Shown here in pieces: positions 1-4,785 of a stretch of DNA of 5,409 nt. The notes beneath the pieces were generated by a model, which worked only from the letters and a program-made list of their open reading frames with translations, did not search any database and was not told where the DNA came from. Each line of letters opens with the position of its first letter. Position 1 is the first letter of the stretch. The position numbers and the translations under genes were made by a program. This stretch comes from Caedimonas varicaedens. GTDB taxonomy: Bacteria > Pseudomonadota > Alphaproteobacteria > Caedimonadales > Caedimonadaceae. The stretch spans positions 1-5,409 of the forward strand of contig BBVC01000039.1 of NCBI GenBank assembly GCA_001192655.1, in the 5' to 3' direction.

Positions 1-2
1 TT

Positions 3-13
3 TTAGCTATATT
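3..13 (+). promoter_or_regulatory. Shared upstream motif TTAGCTATATT (contains -10-like TATATT) ahead of the LysR gene
   Basis: TTAGCTATATT lies at 3..13, 33 nt before the ATG. The identical 11-mer occurs upstream of the cytochrome b561 gene in the same gene-relative orientation. Any -35 region lies outside the window. Confidence 0.25.
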
Positions 14-32
14 TCTGCATGTCAATTATATT

Positions 33-37
33 AGGAG
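33..37 (+). promoter_or_regulatory. Shine-Dalgarno site for the LysR-family gene
   Basis: AGGAG lies 9 nt upstream of the ATG at 47. Confidence 0.6.
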
Positions 38-46
38 AGATTCAAA

Positions 47-946
47 ATGAATCTGGAGTGGGATCGTCTCAAGGTTTTTTATTACGTTGCCAAAGAAAGA
101 AGCATTACACGGGCGGCACAGCATCTTCGCATGTTTCAGCCCTCGGTTACGCGCAGCATCCAGCAACCTGAGCATCAGATAAAAGCAAAGCTTTTTATCC
201 GCAATCCCCGTGGGCTTATTTTGACCAAACAGAGTGAGATACTTTTTGAGCGCGTCAAAAACATGATGATTGAGCTTGAATTAGCAACAAACGAGATTTC
301 TGGCATCGCCGATGAAGTTTCAGGAGAATTAACAATAACAACAACTTATGGTTATGCCTCTACTGTACTGTTTAAGTATATAAGCAGTTTTTCAAAGCAT
401 CATTCCAACATAAGACTTCGTATAGTGTGTGATGATACAGATCCTGACCTTACAAAAAAAGAAGCAGATGTTGCCGTAAGGCCTTTTATTGTTAATGCTC
501 AAGGATTGGAACAACTCTACCTTGAAGAGAGAAAATTACAATTGTTTGCCAGTAAAAAATACCTGGAAGAAGCAGGAGTTCCTGAAAAAACTGAAGACTT
601 GGACACTCATAGACTCATTATTTTTGAAACTCCTCATACAGTTATTGAAAATAGTCAGAATAATAATTTTCTTCTCAGTTTGGGGAGAACGCTTGACTCT
701 AATAGAAAGCCTTTTATGATCATTAATTCAGCAGAATGTCTGGCACAAGCAGCAGAAGATGGATTGGGAATTATCGCTTTATCCAACGACTCATCTCTTA
801 TTAAAAAACACAATCTGGTAAGAGTGCTTCCCCAAGTCGAAGATGCGCCGGTAAAAATGTGCTATATTTATCCTACTGCACTCAAAAACCTGAGAATAGT
901 CAACTTACTCGGGGATTATTTAAAAGAAGCCTATGCAAAAAAATAA
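47..946 (+). CDS. LysR-family transcriptional regulator (N-terminal winged HTH plus C-terminal LysR substrate-binding domain)
   Basis: 299-aa ORF of typical LTTR length. The N-terminus ...FYYVAKERSITRAAQHLRMFQPSVTRSIQQPEHQIKAKLFIRNPRGLILT... follows the LTTR wHTH pattern (..F..va...S.t.AA..L..SQpavS.qI..LE..LG..LF.R..RG..LT). It is followed by GELTITTT....LFKYISSFSKHHSNIRLRIV.DDTDPDLTKKEADVAVRPF, which is typical of the effector-domain start. AGGAG at 33..37 lies 9 nt before the ATG. Confidence 0.9.
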   Translation: MNLEWDRLKVFYYVAKERSITRAAQHLRMFQPSVTRSIQQPEHQIKAKLFIRNPRGLILTKQSEILFERVKNMMIELELATNEISGIADEVSGELTITTTYGYASTVLFKYISSFSKHHSNIRLRIVCDDTDPDLTKKEADVAVRPFIVNAQGLEQLYLEERKLQLFASKKYLEEAGVPEKTEDLDTHRLIIFETPHTVIENSQNNNFLLSLGRTLDSNRKPFMIINSAECLAQAAEDGLGIIALSNDSSLIKKHNLVRVLPQVEDAPVKMCYIYPTALKNLRIVNLLGDYLKEAYAKK

Positions 947-1143
947 CTCTCTCACCTTTAAATGCAATACCTATTTTTGTTTTATGTGTACTATAATTAG
1001 GGCCAAGCCCAGGACCTAACAGGAGCAAACTCAAGCTTAACGATTTTCATCGCATCATCCTTCTATTGTTAAAAGAATTATGTCCGTAAAAACTCTTTTT
1101 TGAAATCGGTCATGCCCACCTCTTCACTTTCTACATTACTAAA

Positions 1144-1172
1144 ATTTTACATAAATTTAGCCCATTAAGCAA
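1144..1172 (-). promoter_or_regulatory. Candidate sigma70-type promoter on the minus strand just downstream of the mltA stop (TTGCTT-N17-TAAAAT)
   Basis: The minus strand reads TTGCTT (1172..1167), a 17-nt spacer, then TAAAAT (1149..1144). Downstream come GAGGTG and a mini-ORF. It is hexamer matching only, in AT-rich DNA. Confidence 0.2.
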
Positions 1173-1176
1173 TTAT

Positions 1177-2250
1177 TTAATTGGACTCTTTAGGAAGCAA
1201 AATAAAAAGTCGTCCTTCTTCTTTCAATCCGCCTGCAAGAACACCCGCAGCATCTCCTGTACCGCAAAAAATATCTCCACGAATTAATCCCTTGATGGCG
1301 CCCCCTACATCCTGGGCTACCATAAATCCTGAAAAAACAGGACTGGAAAGCCAAAGAGGCATTCCCAGAGAAATCACGCGCGGATCAACAGCAAGGGATC
1401 GCATGGACGTTAAGGGTTGCCCCATACGCCCCACCGGGCCTTCCTGCATCCCTATGTCTCTGAAAAATACGTAAGAGGGATTCAGTGAAAGCAAAGCTGG
1501 CATGAAGTCTGGCGCAGCACGCAATGTCTCTTTCATTTTTTCCATAGAACACTCTTCCCGTGACAAAAGCCCCCGCGCAATCATTGCCTGACCTAATGAA
1601 CAATACGCATAACCATTTGTCCCGTCATATTGAAGCCGTGTCCAGCTACCATCTTCAAAGATGATTTTTCCACCCCCTTGAATATGCATAAAGTAAAGGT
1701 CAAGAGCATCTTGAACCCAACAAATCTCAAGCCCCTCATGATCCAGCGCGCCTTCTTGAATCTGCTGACGAGAGAAAGTCGGGACAAGTGTTCCGTTTTC
1801 CACAAATCCCGCGATACGATGCCCCCGTAGAGTCTCTCGAAAGAGACCTAAATCTTCGATCACAACCAGGTGGGATGGTTTGCGATGAACGGGATAGGGG
1901 TACAAGTCTGTTTTATGAAGAGAACCTTTTAATTCAGGTTCGTAATAGCCGGTGAAAAGCCGCTCACAGCGAGACGATGGACACAGCTCATAAGCGTCAA
2001 AATATCGGGTGAGATATGTTCTGAATTCTCCCCTTTCCTTTAGATAAAGGCGGGCAAGACGCTGCCATGTTAATGCTTTTATCTCAAAAAGACACGGCGT
2101 TTCGGCAGGAAGGCTTAGAAAATAGATGCAGGAATATGCCCATGCTTGAGCTGCAGTTTTTAAATGATCCTTTCCATAATCCGGCAAGGACTCAAGCGGC
2201 GTTTTCTTCAGCTCAAACTCAGGCAAAGGGGGAATAAAGGCAAGCGTCAT
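1177..2250 (-). CDS. mltA: Membrane-bound lytic murein transglycosylase A family protein (MltA domain plus 3D domain)
   Basis: 357-aa ORF. MltA-type motifs are FTGYYEP, HIQGGGKI, YDGTNGYAYCSLGQAMIARG and NPSYVFF. The C-terminal 3D-domain signature is SLAVDPRVISLGMPLWL ... MVAQDVGGAIKGLIRGDIFCGTGDAAG ... GRLFILLPK, carrying the three conserved Asp. The ATG at 2248..2250 lies 1 nt after the stop of the upstream Tim44-like gene. Confidence 0.9.
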   Translation of the reverse strand: MTLAFIPPLPEFELKKTPLESLPDYGKDHLKTAAQAWAYSCIYFLSLPAETPCLFEIKALTWQRLARLYLKERGEFRTYLTRYFDAYELCPSSRCERLFTGYYEPELKGSLHKTDLYPYPVHRKPSHLVVIEDLGLFRETLRGHRIAGFVENGTLVPTFSRQQIQEGALDHEGLEICWVQDALDLYFMHIQGGGKIIFEDGSWTRLQYDGTNGYAYCSLGQAMIARGLLSREECSMEKMKETLRAAPDFMPALLSLNPSYVFFRDIGMQEGPVGRMGQPLTSMRSLAVDPRVISLGMPLWLSSPVFSGFMVAQDVGGAIKGLIRGDIFCGTGDAAGVLAGGLKEEGRLFILLPKESN

Positions 2251-2251
2251 A

Positions 2252-2890
2252 TCAGGTCGCCGTTTTGATAAGGATCCAGTTAGGATTACTTTGAGTCAGG
2301 TTACGCTCAAATGTCCACAAATCTACAAGCTGTTCGATCTGTTTGGGACTGCCTTCAATAATCTCTCCTGCTTTATCACGAACAACATGAGTTTGTTCTG
2401 TTTGAAATTCCACTGTTACGCGAGCAACGTTTCCTTGCATGTGTCCTTCTACAAGGCGTACCGATTCTATTTTCACAAGAATTGTTTCCAATGTTTCCTG
2501 GTGACTTTTTCGCTCTTCAATGGTTGTTTCGAATTCTCCGTAAAGCTCTGCCCCCAAAAGCTTTTTAAGAGTCATTGTATCTGCCCTGGAAAAAGCTTCC
2601 AAAATCATTTCAAAAGCCTGAGTTGCCCCTTTCAGGAATTCATTAAGATTGAATCGGTTATCTTTTCTTTTAATACTCTTCACCAATTTTTTAAGAGAAG
2701 CGTTTAAAAGCCGCTCGGGATCTTCTGCAAAAGAAGATTGAGGTTTTTTTTCAACAGGTTCTGGCTGAACAGGGGCAGATTCTTTCGGACGCTCGAACCC
2801 CGTTTTTTGACCCAGCACAGTATAAAGTTTAAAAATTAAAAAGCCGGCAATCCCGGCAAAAACAAATATTTCGATCAATTCTGAAGACAT
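2252..2890 (-). CDS. Tim44-like domain-containing inner-membrane protein (alphaproteobacterial Tim44 homologue type)
   Basis: 212-aa ORF. It has one N-terminal hydrophobic helix (IEIFVFAGIAGFLIFKLYTVLG), then a charged/Pro-rich linker. The C-terminal domain runs FLKGATQAFEMILEAFSRADTMTLKKLLGAELYGEFETTIEERK ... VARVTVEFQTEQTHVVRDKAGEIIEGSP.QIEQLVDLWTFERNL.QSNPNWILIKT, matching the Tim44-like fold family as I recall it. The position between secB and mltA matches the known alphaproteobacterial neighbourhood. Confidence 0.85.
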   Translation of the reverse strand: MSSELIEIFVFAGIAGFLIFKLYTVLGQKTGFERPKESAPVQPEPVEKKPQSSFAEDPERLLNASLKKLVKSIKRKDNRFNLNEFLKGATQAFEMILEAFSRADTMTLKKLLGAELYGEFETTIEERKSHQETLETILVKIESVRLVEGHMQGNVARVTVEFQTEQTHVVRDKAGEIIEGSPKQIEQLVDLWTFERNLTQSNPNWILIKTAT

Positions 2891-2918
2891 TTTACCCCAT
2901 TATCTCAAACGTGAAGGA

Positions 2919-2948
2919 TTGATTAATAATAACATGATACTGTATAGC
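2919..2948 (+). promoter_or_regulatory. Candidate sigma70-type promoter for secB (TTGATT-N18-TATAGC)
   Basis: TTGATT at 2919..2924 and TATAGC at 2943..2948 are separated by an 18-nt spacer. This would place a transcription start roughly 10 nt before the secB SD. It is hexamer matching only, in AT-rich DNA. Confidence 0.3.
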
Positions 2949-2963
2949 TTGATAAAATAATAA

Positions 2964-2969
2964 AAGGAG
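2964..2969 (+). promoter_or_regulatory. Shine-Dalgarno site for secB
   Basis: AAGGAG lies 7 nt upstream of the ATG at 2977. Confidence 0.75.
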
Positions 2970-2976
2970 AAATCAA

Positions 2977-3504
2977 ATGGCAACCCAAAATACCAGTAAC
3001 CCAAAGAAACAGGCAACAATAGAGCAAACCAAGCACGAGCTTAGCGCTGCCCCTCTGACAGTGATGGCGCAATACATTAAGGATTTCTCGTTCGAAAATC
3101 CTAATCCTCTGCAAACGCTCAAGGAAAGCCATGAAGCGCCTGAGATGAACTTGAACCTGGATATTCAGGCCAATCCTGTTGAAGAGCATATTTTTGAAAT
3201 TACGCTGCATCTCAAGGCAGAAGCAAAAAGGGCTTCTCACACTTTGTTTATTGCAGAGCTTCAATATGCGGGGACTTTCAAAATCGGAGAGAACGTTCCA
3301 AAGGAATCTGTTCATCCTATCCTCATGATAGAATGCCCTCGTCTTCTCTTTCCCTATGCGCGTCTGATCATCGCCAATATGACCCGTGAAGGTGGATTTC
3401 CGACTCTTGCCCTCACGCCCATTGACTTTGTTGAGCTTTATCGCAAACAATATATTGAGCCACAACAACAAAAAACGGCTACTGTAGCCAAAGCGGGTTC
3501 TTGA
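2977..3504 (+). CDS. secB: Protein-export chaperone SecB
   Basis: 175-aa ORF. LTVMAQYIKDFSFENPNPL matches the SecB N-terminal strand (E. coli ..iqRIYtKDiSFEaPNaP..). ECPRLLFPYARLIIANMTREGGFPTLALTPIDFVELY matches E. coli [36 protein letters not shown]. A strong SD, AAGGAG at 2964..2969, lies 7 nt before the ATG. Confidence 0.93.
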   Translation: MATQNTSNPKKQATIEQTKHELSAAPLTVMAQYIKDFSFENPNPLQTLKESHEAPEMNLNLDIQANPVEEHIFEITLHLKAEAKRASHTLFIAELQYAGTFKIGENVPKESVHPILMIECPRLLFPYARLIIANMTREGGFPTLALTPIDFVELYRKQYIEPQQQKTATVAKAGS

Positions 3505-4162
3505 GTTTCTTTAAAAACTCTTGATGATTCTTTTTTTCCTCTCCGTCTACAGAGAAAGACCTTTGGGGACGGAGAGAAGAAAAGATCGCCTTGTCCTGCG
3601 TGAAGGGAATACGATTCACGCGTTCCTGCTCAAGGATAAGAAGATCTTGTCGTCCACCTGTAAGTTCTAGGTACACTTCCGCCAAAAGTTCAGCGTCCAA
3701 AAGGGCACCATGTTTTTCACGCCTGGAAAGATCCACTTTAAAGCGTTTGCACAAAGCATCGAGCGTTGCCGGAGAACCCGGAAATTTCTCCTTGGCCATT
3801 CTCAACGTATCAATGGCGCGCTGAAAGGGAAGCTGAGAAACTCCTGCCTTTTTAAGTTCTGCATTGAGGAAATTCATATCAAAGCGAGCATTATGAATGA
3901 CAAGCGGAATGTCCTCTTCAATAAAATTCAGGAATTCATCATATATTTCGCGAAAAAGCCTATGCTGTGAAAGAAACTCGGCTGATAAGCCATGAACTTT
4001 AAAAGCACCCTCGGGCATATCCCGTTCAGGATTAATATAAGTATGATAAAATCGCCCTGTGGGCAGACGATTATAAAGTTCGACACAGCCAATTTCGACT
4101 AAACGATGGCCACTCTCCGGATCAAATCCCGTTGTTTCTGTATCCAGAACGATCTCACGCAT
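3479..4162 (-). CDS. dnaQ: DNA polymerase III subunit epsilon (3'-5' proofreading exonuclease)
   Basis: 227-aa ORF with DEDDh motifs: ExoI IVLDTETTG, ExoII LVIHNARFDMNFL, ExoIII HGALLDAELLAEVYLEL. The segment after the exonuclease domain (LTGGRQDLLIL) and the C-terminus (..HQEFLKKLKNPLWLQ) parallel E. coli epsilon (MTGGQTSMAF ... CLWRA). Confidence 0.95.
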   Translation of the reverse strand: MREIVLDTETTGFDPESGHRLVEIGCVELYNRLPTGRFYHTYINPERDMPEGAFKVHGLSAEFLSQHRLFREIYDEFLNFIEEDIPLVIHNARFDMNFLNAELKKAGVSQLPFQRAIDTLRMAKEKFPGSPATLDALCKRFKVDLSRREKHGALLDAELLAEVYLELTGGRQDLLILEQERVNRIPFTQDKAIFSSLRPQRSFSVDGEEKKNHQEFLKKLKNPLWLQ

Positions 4163-4170
4163 AACCTAAT

Positions 4171-4773
4171 TTATCCCTTGCAATGTTTTTCCAGAAGACG
4201 ACGTAATTGTCTAAAGGTATGAAGCCGTCCTTCTGTTGTATCAAGAATAAAATCTGCCCGCGCGCATTTTTTTTCCTGCTCCCACTGTCGTTGCTGGAAC
4301 AATTCGAATTTTTCCTCTGTCATACCCTGACGACTCATGACTCTCTTTTTTTGAACTTCTGGTCGGCACGTAACCACCAAAACACCATCACAATCTCTCT
4401 TCCATCCTGTCTCAAAAAGCAACGGGATATCCAGAACAATCAGTCGTTCACCTTTTTCTCGAGCAGATTGGATACGTTTATCATGTTCCTCTCTTACAAA
4501 AGGGTGAATTATCTTTTCAAGTTTATATAAAAGAAAGGGATCTCGCATCACTAAAGAAGCAACCTGGAAGCGAGAAAGGGGAACAGACTCATGAGGAAAA
4601 AGAGCAGATAACCTTTCCTGAAATAAAGAAGAGTCTTCATAAAGCTTTCTGACGATTGTATCAGCTTCACTGACAGGGACATGCAGTCTTTTGAACATGC
4701 GTGCTGTTTCTGATTTACCAGCACCAATCGATCCCGTAAGTCCCAGAATATAAAGAGTATTTTTGTTTCGCAC
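4171..4773 (-). CDS. coaE: Dephospho-CoA kinase
   Basis: 200-aa ORF. It has the P-loop ILGLTGSIGAGKSE near the N-terminus, then VLDIPLLFE and a lid-region pattern typical of CoaE. It lies immediately upstream of dnaQ (8-nt gap), the classic coaE-dnaQ pairing. The start codon is GTG (revcomp of cac at 4771..4773). Confidence 0.92.
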   Translation of the reverse strand: MRNKNTLYILGLTGSIGAGKSETARMFKRLHVPVSEADTIVRKLYEDSSLFQERLSALFPHESVPLSRFQVASLVMRDPFLLYKLEKIIHPFVREEHDKRIQSAREKGERLIVLDIPLLFETGWKRDCDGVLVVTCRPEVQKKRVMSRQGMTEEKFELFQQRQWEQEKKCARADFILDTTEGRLHTFRQLRRLLEKHCKG

Positions 4774-4785
4774 CTTTTTGTATTT

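Noticed and set aside
11-27. Possible LTTR autoregulatory box (T-N11-A / ATT-N10-AAT) upstream of the LysR gene
   Set aside because: The dyad is only 3 bp per arm in AT-rich DNA with non-canonical spacing. That is not distinguishable from chance, and the upstream region is truncated by the window.
489-719. 76-aa alternative-frame ORF inside the LysR gene, and a 72-aa ORF (4871..5089 -) inside the cytochrome b561 gene
   Set aside because: They are out-of-frame overlaps of well-supported CDSs. There is no SD and no motif.
1009-1030. Resemblance of cccaggacctaacaggagcaaac to the SRP (4.5S) RNA domain IV sequence CCAGGUCAGGUCCGGAAGGAAGCAGCC
   Set aside because: Only about 12 of 20 positions match. 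The conserved GNAR tetraloop (GGAA) is absent, and the flanks cannot form the required helix-8 pairing or a closing helix 5.
1087-1097. 11-mer TAAAAACTCTT repeated directly at 1087..1097 and 3512..3522
   Set aside because: One copy is intergenic and the other lies inside dnaQ. Several chance 11-mer matches are expected among all position pairs in an AT-rich 5.4-kb window, and there is no extended similarity around either copy.
947-1176. Search for rho-independent terminators, tRNA, riboswitch or a gene remnant in the LysR/mltA convergent spacer
   Set aside because: No GC-rich stem followed by a T-run exists on either strand; the only GC dyad, GGGC-CAA-GCCC, has a 4-bp stem and no T-tract. 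There is no T-loop (GTTCGAAT-like) or cloverleaf potential. The three-frame translations are too short and stop-ridden to assign to any protein family.
1181-1830. Four short ORFs inside or opposite mltA (1181..1474 +, 1385..1603 -, 1593..1805 -, 1630..1830 +)
   Set aside because: All are nested in the mltA coding region in alternative frames or on the other strand. They have no motifs, and mltA homology explains the region.
2291-2707. 138-aa ORF on the plus strand, opposite the Tim44-like gene
   Set aside because: It is antisense to a conserved CDS. The composition is Phe/Cys/Leu-rich, typical of the reverse frame of a Lys/Glu-rich gene, and it has no motifs.
2744-2751. A/T homopolymer runs of 7-8 nt inside CDSs (2744..2751 in the Tim44-like gene, 4267..4274 and 4346..4352 in coaE, about 3531..3537 in dnaQ, and the A8 at the end of the LysR gene) as possible slippage or phase-variation sites
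   Set aside because: All encode in-frame Lys-Lys (or Glu-Lys-Lys) in intact full-length genes. Such tracts are normal in AT-rich genomes, and there is no evidence of frameshifting here.
2923-3471. 182-aa ORF on the minus strand, opposite secB
   Set aside because: It is fully antisense to a confidently identified secB. The translated sequence is low-complexity, Cys/Leu/Phe-rich, and has no recognisable motif or SD. This is a typical shadow ORF.
3591-4530. Plus-strand ORFs opposite dnaQ and coaE (3591..3824, 3710..3970, 4207..4530)
   Set aside because: These are shadow ORFs antisense to strongly supported genes, with no independent signals.
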